A program made the position numbers and the translations under genes. Shown in pieces: positions 26,601 through 38,979 of a stretch of DNA of 64,000 nt. The stretch spans positions 248,001 through 312,000 of the forward strand of contig OZ024742.1 in assembly GCA_964016885.1 (NCBI GenBank), given 5' to 3'. How positions within the stretch are numbered: the first letter of the stretch is position 1; every line of letters starts with the position of its first letter. Below the pieces are notes generated by a model. It did not search any database and was not told the DNA's origin. It saw only the letters and a list, made by a program, of their open reading frames with translations. Source of the DNA: Eledone cirrhosa. Lineage: Eukaryota.

Positions 26601-29600
26601 TAAACCGTTTTCTACCATAGAACTCGGCATAGCTAAACCGTGTTCTACCATAGAACTAGGGATAGTTAAACCGTTTTCTACTATATAACTAGGGATAGCT
26701 AAACCGTTTTCTACCATAGAACTAGGCATAGCTAAACCGTTTTCTACCATAGAACTAGGCATAGTTAAACCGTATTCTACTATAGAACTAGGGATAGTTA
26801 AACCGTATTCTACTATAGAACTAGGGATAGTTAAACCCTGTTCTACCATAGAACCAGGGATAGTTAAACCGTGTTCTACCATAGAACTAGGGATAGTTAA
26901 ACCGTATTCTACCATAGAACTAGGGATAATTAAACCATGTTCTACCATAGAACTAGGCATAGTTAAACCGTGTTCTACTATGGAACTAGGGATAGTTAAA
27001 CCGTGTTCTACCATAGAACTAGGATAGTTAAACAGTTTTCTACCATAGAACTAGGGATAGTTAAACAGTTTTCTACCATAGAACTAGGCTTTGTTAAACT
27101 GTTTTCTACCATAAAACTAGGCATAGTTTAGGGATAGTTAAACTGTTTTCTACTATAAACTAGGCATAGTTTAGGGATAGTTAAATTGTTTTCTACCATA
27201 AAACTAGGCATAATTTAGGGATACTTATACCCTGTTCTACCATAGAACTAGGGATAGTTAAACCGTGTTCTACCATAGAACTAGGGATAGCTAAACCGTG
27301 TTCTAACATAGAACTAGGGATAGTTAAACCGTGTTCTACCATAGAACTAGGGATAGTTAAACAGTTTTCTATACTAGAAATAGGCATAGCTAAACCCTGT
27401 TCTACCATAGAACTAGGGATAGTTAAACCGTGTTCTACCATAGAACTAGGGATAGTTAAACCGTGTTCTACCATAGAACTAGAGATAGTTAAACAGTTTT
27501 CTACCATAGAACTACGCATAGTTAAACTGTTTTCTACCATAGAACTAGGGATAGTTAAACTGTTTTCTACGATAGAAATAGGTATAATTAAATTGTTTTA
27601 CCATAGACCTAGGGATAATTAAACCGTGTTCTACCATAGTACTAGGGATAGTTAAACCGTGTTCTACCAAAGAACTAGAGATAGCTAAACTGTTTTATAC
27701 CATAGAACAAGGGATAGTTAAACCGTTTTCTACACTAGAACTAGGCATAGTTAAACCGTGTTCTCCCATAGAACTAGGGATTGTTAAACTGTTTTATACC
27801 ATAGAACTAGGCATAGTTAAACAGTTTTGTGTACTAGAATCAGGGATAGTTAAACAGTTTTCTTACATACAACTAGGGATAGCTAAACCGTGTTCTACCA
27901 TAGAACTAGGGATAGTTAAACTGTGTTCTACCATAGAACTAGGGAGAGTTAAACTGTTCTACCATAGAACTAGGGATAGTTAAACAGTTTTCTACGATAG
28001 AACTAGGAAGAATTAAACAGTTTTTTACCATAGAACTAGGCATAGTTAAACCGTGTTCTACCATAGAACTAGGCATAGTTAAACATTGTTCTACCATAGA
28101 ACTAGGGATAGTTAAACCGTGTTCGACCATAGAACTAGGGAGAGTTAAACTGTTCTACCATAGAACTAGGCATAGTTAAACCGTGTTGTACCATAGAACT
28201 AGGCATAGTTAAACATTTTTCTACCATAGAACTAGGCATAGTTAAACAGTTTTCTACCATAGAACTAGGCATAGTTAAACAGTTTTCTACCATAGAACTA
28301 GGGAGAGTTAAACAGTTTTTTACCATAGAAATAGGCATAGTTAAACAGTGTTCTACCATAGAACTAGGGATAGTTAAACCGTGTTCTACCATAGAACTAA
28401 GGATAGTCAAACCGTTTTCTACCATAGAACTCGGCATAGCTAAACCGTGTTCTACCATAGAACTAGGGATAGTTAAACTGTTTTCTACTATATAACTAGG
28501 GATAGCTAAACCGTTTTCTACCATAGGACTAGGCATAGCTAAACCGTTTTCTACCATAGAATTAGGGATAGTTAAACCGTGTTCTACCATAGAATTAGGG
28601 ATAGTTAAACCGTGTTCTACCATAGAACTAGGGATAGTTAAACCGTGTTCTACCATAGAACTCTGGGATAGGTAAACCGTTCTACCATAGAACTAGGGAT
28701 AGGTAAACCGTTCTACCATAGATCAAGGCATAGTTAAACCGTGTTCTACCATAGAACTCGGCATACCTAAACCGTGTTCTACCATAGAACTAGGCATAGT
28801 TAATCAGTTCTACCATAGAACTAGGGATAGTTAAACCGTGTTCTACCATAGAACTAGGGATAGTTAAACCGTGTTCTACCATAGAACTAGGGATAGTTAA
28901 ACCGTGTTCTACCATAGAACTAGGGATAGTTAAACCGTGTTCTACCATAGAACTAGGGATAGTTAAACCGTGTTCTACCATACAACTAGGCATAGTTAAA
29001 CCGTGTTCTACCATAGAACTAGGCATAGTTAAACTGTTTTCTACCATAGAACTAGGGATAGTTAAACTGTTTTCTACGATAGAAATAGGTATAGTTAATT
29101 TGTTTTTACCACAGACCTAGGGGTAGTTAAACAGTTTTCTACCATAGAACTAGGGATAGTTAAACCGTGTTCTACCATAGAACTAGGGATAGCTAAACCG
29201 TGTTCTACCATAGAACTAAGGATAGTTAAACCGTGTTCTACCATAGAACTAAGGATAGTTAAACCGTTTTCTACCATAGAACTAAGGATAGTTAAACCGT
29301 TTTCTACCATAGAACTAAGGATAGTTAAACCGTTTTCTACCATAGAACTAAGGATAGTTAAACCGTTTTCTACCATAGAACTCGGCATAGCTAAACCGTG
29401 TTCTACCATAGAACTAGGGATAGTTAAACCGTTTTCTACTATATAACTAGGGATAGCTAAACCGTTTTCTACCATAGAACTAGGCATAGCTAAACCGTTT
29501 ACTACCATAGAACTAGGCATAGTTAAACCGTATTCTACTATAGAACTAGGGATAGTTAAACCGTATTCTACTATAGAACTAGGGATAGTTAAACCCTGTT

Positions 29601-32600
29601 CTACCATAGAACCAGGGATAGTTAAACCGTGTTCTACCATAGAACTAGGGATAGTTAAACCGTATTCTACCATAGAACTAGGGATAATTAAACCATGTTC
29701 TACCATAGAACTAGGCATAGTTAAACCGTGTTCTACTATGGAACTAGGGATAGTTAAACCGTGTTCTACCATAGAACTAGGATAGTTAAACAGTTTTCTA
29801 CCATAGAACTAGGGATAGTTAAACAGTTTTCTACCATAGAACTAGGCTTTGTTAAACTGTTTTCTACCATAAAACTAGGCATAGTTTAGGGATAGTTAAA
29901 CTGTTTTCTACTATAAACTAGGCATAGTTTAGGGATAGTTAAATTGTTTTCTACCATAAAACTAGGCATAATTTAGGGATACTTATACCCTGTTCTACCA
30001 TAGAACTAGGGATAGTTAAACCGTGTTCTACCATAGAACTAGGGATAGCTAAACCGTGTTCTAACATAGAACTAGGGATAGTTAAACCGTGTTCTACCAT
30101 AGAACTAGGGATAGTTAAACAGTTTTCTATACTAGAAATAGGCATAGCTAAACCCTGTTCTACCATAGAACTAGGGATAGTTAAACCGTGTTCTACCATA
30201 GAACTAGGGATAGTTAAACCGTGTTCTACCATAGAACTAGAGATAGTTAAACAGTTTTCTACCATAGAACTACGCATAGTTAAACTGTTTTCTACCATAG
30301 AACTAGGGATAGTTAAACTGTTTTCTACGATAGAAATAGGTATAATTAAATTGTTTTACCATAGACCTAGGGATAATTAAACCGTGTTCTACCATAGTAC
30401 TAGGGATAGTTAAACCGTGTTCTACCAAAGAACTAGAGATAGCTAAACTGTTTTATACCATAGAACAAGGGATAGTTAAACCGTTTTCTACACTAGAACT
30501 AGGCATAGTTAAACCGTGTTCTCCCATAGAACTAGGGATTGTTAAACTGTTTTATACCATAGAACTAGGCATAGTTAAACAGTTTTGTGTACTAGAATCA
30601 GGGATAGTTAAACAGTTTTCTTACATACAACTAGGGATAGCTAAACCGTGTTCTACCATAGAACTAGGGATAGTTAAACTGTGTTCTACCATAGAACTAG
30701 GGAGAGTTAAACTGTTCTACCACAGAACTAGGGATAGTTAAACAGTTTTCTACGATAGAACTAGGGAGAATTAAACAGTTTTTTACCATAGAACTAGGCA
30801 TAGTTAAACCGTGTTCTACCATAGAACTAGGCATAGTTAAACATTGTTCTACCATAGAACTAGGGATAGTTAAACCGTGTTCGACCATAGAACTAGGGAG
30901 AGTTAAACTGTTCTACCATAGAACTAGGCATAGTTAAACCGTGTTGTACCATAGAACTAGGCATAGTTAAACATTTTTCTACCATAGAACTAGGCATAGT
31001 TAAACAGTTTTCTACCATATAACTAGGCATAGTTAAACAGTTTTCTACCATAGAACTAGGGAGAGTTAAACAGTTTTTTACCATAGAAATAGGCATAGTT
31101 AAACAGTGTTCTACCATAGAACTAGGGATAGTTAAACCGTGTTCTACCATAGAACTAAGGATAGTCAAACCGTTTTCTACCATAGAACTCGGCATAGCTA
31201 AACCGTGTTCTACCATAGAACTAGGGATAGTTAAACTGTTTTCTACTATATAACTAGGGATAGCTAAACCGTTTTCTACCATAGGACTAGGCATAGCTAA
31301 ACCGTTTTCTACCATAGAATTAGGGATAGTTAAACCGTGTTCTACCATAGAATTAGGGATAGTTAAACCGTGTTCTACCATAGAACTAGGGATAGTTAAA
31401 CCGTGTTCTACCATAGAACTCTGGGATAGGTAAACCGTTCTACCATAGAACTAGGGATAGGTAAACCGTTCTACCATAGATCAAGGCATAGTTAAACCGT
31501 GTTCTACCATAGAACTCGGCATACCTAAACCGTGTTCTACCATAGAACTAGGCATAGTTAATCAGTTCTACCATAGAACTAGGGATAGTTAAACCGTGTT
31601 CTACCATAGAACTAGGGATAGTTAAACCGTGTTCTACCATAGAACTAGGGATAGTTAAACCATGTTCTACCATAGAACTAAGGATAGTTAAACCGTTTTC
31701 TACCATAGAACTAAGGATAGTTAAACCGTTTTCTACCATAGAACTAAGGATAGTTAAACCGTTTTCTACCATAGAACTAAGGATAGTTAAACCGTTTTCT
31801 ACCATAGAACTCGGCATAGCTAAACCGTGTTCTACCATAGAACTAGGGATAGTTAAACCGTTTTCTACTATATAACTAGGGATAGCTAAACCGTTTTCTA
31901 CCATAGAACTAGGCATAGCTAAACCGTTTTCTACCATAGAACTAGGCATAGTTAAACCGTATTCTACTATAGAACTAGGGATAGTTAAACCGTATTCTAC
32001 TATAGAACTAGGGATAGTTAAACCCTGTTCTACCATAGAACCAGGGATAGTTAAACCGTGTTCTACCATAGAACTAGGGATAGTTAAACCGTATTCTACC
32101 ATAGAACTAGGGATAATTAAACCATGTTCTACCATAGAACTAGGCATAGTTAAACCGTGTTCTACTATGGAACTAGGGATAGTTAAACCGTGTTCTACCA
32201 TAGAACTAGGATAGTTAAACAGTTTTCTACCATAGAACTAGGGATAGTTAAACAGTTTTCTACCATAGAACTAGGCTTTGTTAAACTGTTTTCTACCATA
32301 AAACTAGGCATAGTTTAGGGATAGTTAAACTGTTTTCTACTATAAACTAGGCATAGTTTAGGGATAGTTAAATTGTTTTCTACCATAAAACTAGGCATAA
32401 TTGAGGGATACTTATACCCTGCTCTACCATAGAACTAGGGATAGTTAAACCGTGTTCTACCATAGAACTAGGGATAGCTAAACCGTGTTCTAACATAGAA
32501 CTAGGGATAGTTAAACCGTGTTCTACCATAGAACTAGGGATAGTTAAACAGTTTTCTATACTAGAAATAGGCATAGCTAAACCCTGTTCTACCATAGAAC

Positions 32601-35600
32601 TAGGGATAGTTAAACCGTGTTCTACCATAGAACTAGGGATAGTTAAACCGTGTTCTACCATAGAACTAGAGATAGTTAAACAGTTTTCTACCATAGAACT
32701 ACGCATAGTTAAACTGTTTTCTACCATAGAACTAGGGATAGTTAAACCGTGTTCTACCATAGAACTAGGGATAGCTAAACCGTGTTCTACCATAGAACTA
32801 AGGATAGTTAAACCGTGTTCTACCATAGAACTAAGGATAGTTAAACCGTTTTCTACCATAGAACTAAGGATAGTTAAACCGTTTTCTACCATAGAACTAA
32901 GGATAGTTAAACCGTTTTCTACCATAGAACTAAGGATAGTTAAACCGTTTTCTACCATAGAACTCGGCATAGCTAAACCGTGTTCTACCATAGAACTAGG
33001 GATAGTTAAACCGTTTTCTACTATATAACTAGGGATAGCTAAACCGTTTTCTACCATAGAACTAGGCATAGCTAAACCGTTTTCTACCATAGAACTAGGC
33101 ATAGTTAAACCGTATTCTACTATAGAACTAGGGATAGTTAAACCGTATTCTACTATAGAACTAGGGATAGTTAAACCCTGTTCTACCATAGAACCAGGGA
33201 TAGTTAAACCGTGTTCTACCATAGAACTAGGGATAGTTAAACCGTATTCTACCATAGAACTAGGGATAATTAAACCATGTTCTACCATAGAACTAGGCAT
33301 AGTTAAACCGTGTTCTACTATGGAACTAGGGATAGTTAAACCGTGTTCTACCATAGAACTAGGATAGTTAAACAGTTTTCTACCATAGAACTAGGGATAG
33401 TTAAACAGTTTTCTACCATAGAACTAGGCTTTGTTAAACTGTTTTCTACCATAAAACTAGGCATAGTTTAGGGATAGTTAAACTGTTTTCTACTATAAAC
33501 TAGGCATAGTTTAGGGATAGTTAAATTGTTTTCTACCATAAAACTAGGCATAATTGAGGGATACTTATACCCTGCTCTACCATAGAACTAGGGATAGTTA
33601 AACCGTGTTCTACCATAGAACTAGGGATAGCTAAACCGTGTTCTAACATAGAACTAGGGATAGTTAAACCGTGTTCTACCATAGAACTAGGGATAGTTAA
33701 ACAGTTTTCTATACTAGAAATAGGCATAGCTAAACCCTGTTCTACCATAGAACTAGGGATAGTTAAACCGTGTTCTACCATAGAACTAGGGATAGTTAAA
33801 CCGTGTTCTACCATAGAACTAGAGATAGTTAAACAGTTTTCTACCATAGAACTACGCATAGTTAAACTGTTTTCTACCATAGAACTAGGGATAGTTAAAC
33901 TGTTTTCTACGATAGAAATAGGTATAATTAAATTGTTTTACCATAGACCTAGGGATAATTAAACCGTGTTCTACCATAGTACTAGGGATAGTTAAACCGT
34001 GTTCTACCAAAGAACTAGAGATAGCTAAACTGTTTTATACCATAGAACAAGGGATAGTTAAACCGTTTTCTACACTAGAACTAGGCATAGTTAAACCGTG
34101 TTCTCCCATAGAACTAGGGATAGTTAAACTGTTTTATACCATAGAACTAGGCATAGTTAAACAGTTTTGTGTACTAGAATCAGGGATAGTTAAACAGTTT
34201 TCTAACATACAACTAGGGATAGCTAAACCGTGTTCTACCATAGAACTAGGGATAGTTAAACTGTGTTCTACCATAGAACTAGGGAGAGTTAAACTGTTCT
34301 ACCATAGAACTAGGGATAGTTAAACAGTTTTCTACGATAGAACTAGGGAGAATTAAACAGTTTTTTACCATAGAACTAGGCATAGTTAAACCGTGTTCTA
34401 CCATAGAACTAGGCATAGTTAAACATTGTTCTACCATAGAACTAGGGATAGTTAAACCGTGTTCTACCATAGAACTAGGGAGAGTTAAACTGTTCTACCA
34501 TAGAACTAGGCATAGTTAAACCGTGTTGTACCATAGAACTAGGCATAGTTAAACATTTTTCTACCATAGAACTAGGCATAGTTAAACAGTTTTCTACCAT
34601 AGAACTAGGCATAGTTAAACAGTTTTCTACCATAGAACTAGGGAGAGTTAAACAGTTTTTTACCATAGAAATAGGCATAGTTAAACAGTGTTCTACCATA
34701 GAACTAAGGATAGTTAAACCGTTTTCTACCATAGAACTAAGGATAGTCAAACCGTTTTCTACCATAGAACTCGGCATAGCTAAACCGTGTTCTACCATAG
34801 AACTAGGGATAGTTAAACTGTTTTCTACTATATAACTAGGGATAGCTAAACCGTTTTCTACCATAGGACTAGGCATAGCTAAACCGTTTTCTACCATAGA
34901 ATTAGGGATAGTTAAACCGTGTTCTACCATAGAATTAGGGATAGTTAAACCGTGTTCTACCATAGAACTAGGGATAGTTAAACCGTGTTCTACCATAGAA
35001 CTCTGGGATAGGTAAACCGTTCTACCATAGAACTCTGGGATAGGTAAACCGTTCTACCATAGAACTAGGGATAGGTAAACCGTTCTACCATAGATCAAGG
35101 CATAGTTAAACCGTGTTCTACCATAGAACTCGGCATACCTAAACCGTGTTCTACCATAGAACTAGGCATAGTTAATCAGTTCTACCATAGAACTAGGGAT
35201 AGTTAAACCGTGTTCTACCATAGAACTAGGGATAGTTAAACCGTGTTCTACCATAGAACTAGGGATAGTTAAACCGTGTTCTACCATAGAACTAGGGATA
35301 GTTAAACCGTGTTCTACCATAGAACTAGGGATAGTTAAACCGTGTTCTACCATACAACTAGGCATAGTTAAACCGTGTTCTACCATAGAACTAGGCATAG
35401 TTAAACTGTTTTCTACCATAGAACTAGGGATAGTTAAACTGTTTTCTACGATAGAAATAGGTATAGTTAATTTGTTTTTACCACAGACCTAGGGGTAGTT
35501 AAACAGTTTTCTACCATAGAACTAGGGATAGTTAAACCGTGTTCTACCATAGAACTAGGGATAGCTAAACCGTGTTCTACCATAGAACTAAGGATAGTTA

Positions 35601-36679
35601 AACCGTGTTCTACCATAGAACTAAGGATAGTTAAACCGTTTTCTACCATAGAACTAAGGATAGTTAAACCGTTTTCTACCATAGAACTAAGGATAGTTAA
35701 ACCGTTTTCTACCATAGAACTAAGGATAGTTAAACCGTTTTCTACCATAGAACTCGGCATAGCTAAACCGTGTTCTACCATAGAACTAGGGATAGTTAAA
35801 CCGTTTTCTACTATATAACTAGGGATAGCTAAACCGTTTTCTACCATAGAACTAGGCATAGCTAAACCGTTTTCTACCATAGAACTAGGCATAGCTAAAC
35901 CGTTTTCTACCATAGAATTAGGGATAGTTAAACCGTGTTCTACCATAGAACTAGGGATAGTTAAACCGTGTTCTACCATAGAACTAGGGATAGGTAAACC
36001 GTTCTACCATAGAACTAGGGATAGGTAAACCGTTCTACCATAGAACAATGCATAGTTAAACCGTGTTCTACCATAGAACTCGGCATAGCTAAACCGTGTT
36101 CTACTATAGAACTAGGCATAGTTAATCAGTGTTCTACCATAGAACTAGGGATAGTTAAACCGTGTCCTACCATAGAACTAGGGATAGTTAAACCGTGTTC
36201 TACCATAGAACTAGGCATAGTTAAACCGTGTTCTACCATAGAACTAGGGATAGTTAATCCGTGTTCTACCATAGAACTAGGCATAGTTAAACTGTTTTTT
36301 ACCATAGAACAAGGCATAGTTAAACTGTTTTCTACCATAGAACTAGGTATAGTTAAATTGTTTTTACCATAGACCTAGGGATAGTTATACCGTGTTCTAC
36401 CATAGAACCAGGGATAGTTAAACCGTGTTCTACCAAAGAATTAGAGATAGCTAAACTGTTTTTTACCATAAAACTAGGCATAGTTAAACCGTTTTCTACA
36501 CTAGAACTAGGCATAGTTAAACCGTGTTCTAAAATAGAACTAGGGATAGTTAAACAGTTTTCTACCATATAACTAGGCATAGTTAAACTGTTTTCTACCA
36601 TAGAACTAGCGATATTTAAACTGTTTTCTACCATAGAACTAGGGATAGTTAAACTGTTTTCTACCATAGAACTAGGCAT
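11671..36679. repeat. 33-bp satellite (TAGTTAAACCGTGTTCTACCATAGAACTAGGGA)n, ~760 monomers, with higher-order repeats
   Basis: Unit read directly; 11-aa period in the ORFs; identical variant blocks recur at 1394, 3107, 3382, 2465, 1119, 2758 and 1153 bp. Confidence 0.98.
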
Positions 36680-36711
36680 GGTTTCAGGTGGTTTTGTATC
36701 GAAAGAGTTAA

Positions 36712-36930
36712 CCCTTTAGCATTTACATTATTCTATATTTACTAACGTATTTTCACAGTAAAGGCTTTATCTCACATAATTATCTCTCGTAATATCAAAT
36801 ACACGAGATTTGGATGTTATTTATTTTGAACAATACGTTAGTATTAGTATTAATGGTCAATTACAGTCGGTTTGAACAGAAAGAGGTGAGAGGGTTCTGG
36901 CCGGATATGGCCGGTTTAAATGCTAAAGGA
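36712..36930. mobile_element. piggyBac-like MITE
   Basis: TTAA|CCCTTTAGCATTTA ... TAAATGCTAAAGGA|TTAA: TTAA target duplication and 14-bp TIR with 1 mismatch. Confidence 0.75.
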
Positions 36931-37324
36931 TTAAACACTGAAGTCCATTGGCTTTATATTTTATCTGTTAAATTTAGCTGCAAGAATTTTTATAGACACC
37001 CAATAATAGATTAGCATTTATATTTCTAACTAAATAAGTGAATATAGAAAGGTGATTGTGATGATGGGAGAGAGGGGAGTAGAGAGGGGTTAGAGAGTTG
37101 GAGGGGGAGATAGAGGGAGGAGTAGAGAGTTGGAGGGGAGATGGCGTGGGAGTGGGATGATGATGAGAAAACGAGACTGTGGCATTCATGTACATCTAGT
37201 GCAATATATTCACATTAAATCAGTGAATATCTATATATATATATATAACGAAGGAAATGTGGTAAGGAACCAGGTGGACCATAACGCACCAAAGTACTCA
37301 ATACTTGAGGTAGTAGAGTGGGTA

Positions 37325-37453
37325 ATAGGAACCAGTAAGACCCCGACAGCTGAGCTCAAGCCGTTTCGACGGCTAATTCTGGACTAGAATAGAGTCCAGA
37401 ATTAGCCGTCGAAACGGCTTGAGCTCAGCTGTCGGGGTCTTACTGGTTCCTAT
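37325..37453. repeat. Perfect 61-bp inverted repeat with 7-nt spacer
   Basis: 37325-37385 is the exact reverse complement of 37393-37453. Confidence 0.95.
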
Positions 37454-37650
37454 ATATATATATATAAATATGCAAAAGTTCTATTTAAAATTGTTGGGAT
37501 ACAACAAGTAAATATTTTTATAACTGATATAAAGCACTCGACAAGTATTTGGAGTAGATATACGATATTAATAAATGGAAACTATATTTATAAAACCATA
37601 TTTATTTCATTATACATATTTCAGGGATACCTGAAAACTGTTATATAATG

Positions 37651-37715
37651 TATTTTGTCTGATGAAGGCATACCATAATTTAATTTGGTATCCCTGAAAT
37701 ATGTATAATGAAATA
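37651..37715 (+). ncRNA. Minimal type I hammerhead ribozyme, family A
   Basis: TATTTTGT-CTGATGA-AGGCATACCA..TGGTATCCCT-GAAATATGTAT-A-ATGAAATA. Confidence 0.75.
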
Positions 37716-37754
37716 AATATGGTTTTATAAATATAGTTTCCATTTATTAATATC

Positions 37755-37795
<41 letters not shown>

Positions 37796-37835
37796 ATATA
37801 TTAATAAATGGAAACTATATTTATAAAACCATATT

Positions 37836-37901
37836 TATTTTATTATACATATTTCAAGGGCAACCAAGGCAAATTATGGTGCGCTTTCATCAGATAAAAT
37901 A
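37836..37901 (-). ncRNA. Minimal type I hammerhead ribozyme, family A
   Basis: Reverse complement of 37976-38041. Confidence 0.78.
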
Positions 37902-37975
37902 CAGATTTGTTTTATAAATAAATAAATATTGACATACCCGGGTTTGTCAATATTTATTTATTTATAAAACAAATC

Positions 37976-38041
37976 TATTTTATCTGATGAAAGCGCACCA
38001 TAATTTGCCTTGGTTGCCCTTGAAATATGTATAATAAAATA
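37976..38041 (+). ncRNA. Minimal type I hammerhead ribozyme, family A
   Basis: TATTTTAT-CTGATGA-AAGCGCACCA..TGGTTGCCCTT-GAAATATGTAT-A-ATAAAATA; perfect 8-bp stem I; AUA site. Confidence 0.8.
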
Positions 38042-38187
38042 AATATGGTTTTATCAATATAGTTTCCATTTATTAATATATTGTGTATTTACTCCACTAA
38101 ACTGTTGAGTGCTTTATATCAGTTATAACATTTTTAAAACTTGTTGAATCCCAACAAATTAAATATAACCTCTGCATATATATATAT

Positions 38188-38414
38188 AGTTATACTTGGG
38201 GAGGGTCATATTTGTGTAATAATATTGCCAGAAATAATAACAGAACACAATCACTGTTTGGTTGGTTTTCGCTTCTGTATTTTTTATATCTCCACAGTTA
38301 ATTCATTTGGAGATATAAAAGATACAGAAGCGAAAACCAACCAAACAGTGAGTGTGTTCTGTTATTATTTCTGGCAATATTATTACAACAATATGACCCT
38401 CCCCAAGTATAACT
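38188..38414. repeat. ~107-bp imperfect inverted repeat (fold-back or MITE-like)
   Basis: 38188-38294 pairs with 38308-38414; 13-nt spacer; begins at a (TA)n tract. Confidence 0.9.
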
Positions 38415-38466
38415 GTATTTGTTTCGACACACGATTTCATAAAAAAGGGTGAAGCTGAAGCATATA

Positions 38467-38593
38467 AATCAAGCCAGAATCAGTTCCCGTATGAAGCAAG
38501 ACAAGGTCAGCCCGGACACTGCCCACAACAGGACAACTCGTCTAACCCATGCTAGCGTGGAAGAACGGACGTTAAACGGTGATGATGATGATG
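38467..38593 (+). mobile_element. RTE-type 3' tail fragment
   Basis: AATCAAGCCAGAATCAGTTCCCGT shared with the SINEs at 46163 and 61345; ends GGACGTTAAACG(GAT)n like the RTE at 51780-51822. Confidence 0.7.
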
Positions 38594-38877
38594 GTATATA
38601 TTTTGAGTATGTGTTGGTTGTTTGTGCTATGTGTGAGTGTGTGGTTGCGTTATGTGTGTGTGTGTGAATGTGTAAAGGGATATTTATATATATATATGTG
38701 TTAATATATATGCTTGCACCTGTCTGCATGTAACTGCACATGTAATTGTAAATGTGTCTTCATGTATGTGTAGCCACTGTCTTTATGTGCTTGTCTTCAT
38801 AGGTGCCTGTTGGCGGACGTCTCAGTGTTTGCATAAAGATGCATGCCACGTATCTATATATGTGTAGCCATTGTCTT

Positions 38878-38935
<58 letters not shown>

Positions 38936-38979
38936 AGAGGTGATAGAATCAAGGTATATAGAGCATGAGAGTAAAGTGT

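Larger units (their letters stand above)
37467..38180. mobile_element. Two adjacent fold-back cassettes of a hammerhead-bearing, probably PLE-derived repeat
   Basis: Inverted arms 37558-37631/37687-37760 and 37791-37934/37945-38086; same family at 45220-45350 and 58975-59215; bounded by (TA)n. Confidence 0.8.

Noticed and set aside
11674-36679. Giant 11-aa repeat protein (MVEHGLTIPSS)n
   Set aside because: Frequent 1-2 bp indels and stops propagate through the higher-order repeats; no sign of frame maintenance
11671-36679. CRISPR-like array of palindromic 33-bp repeats
   Set aside because: No unique spacers, no cas genes, eukaryotic context
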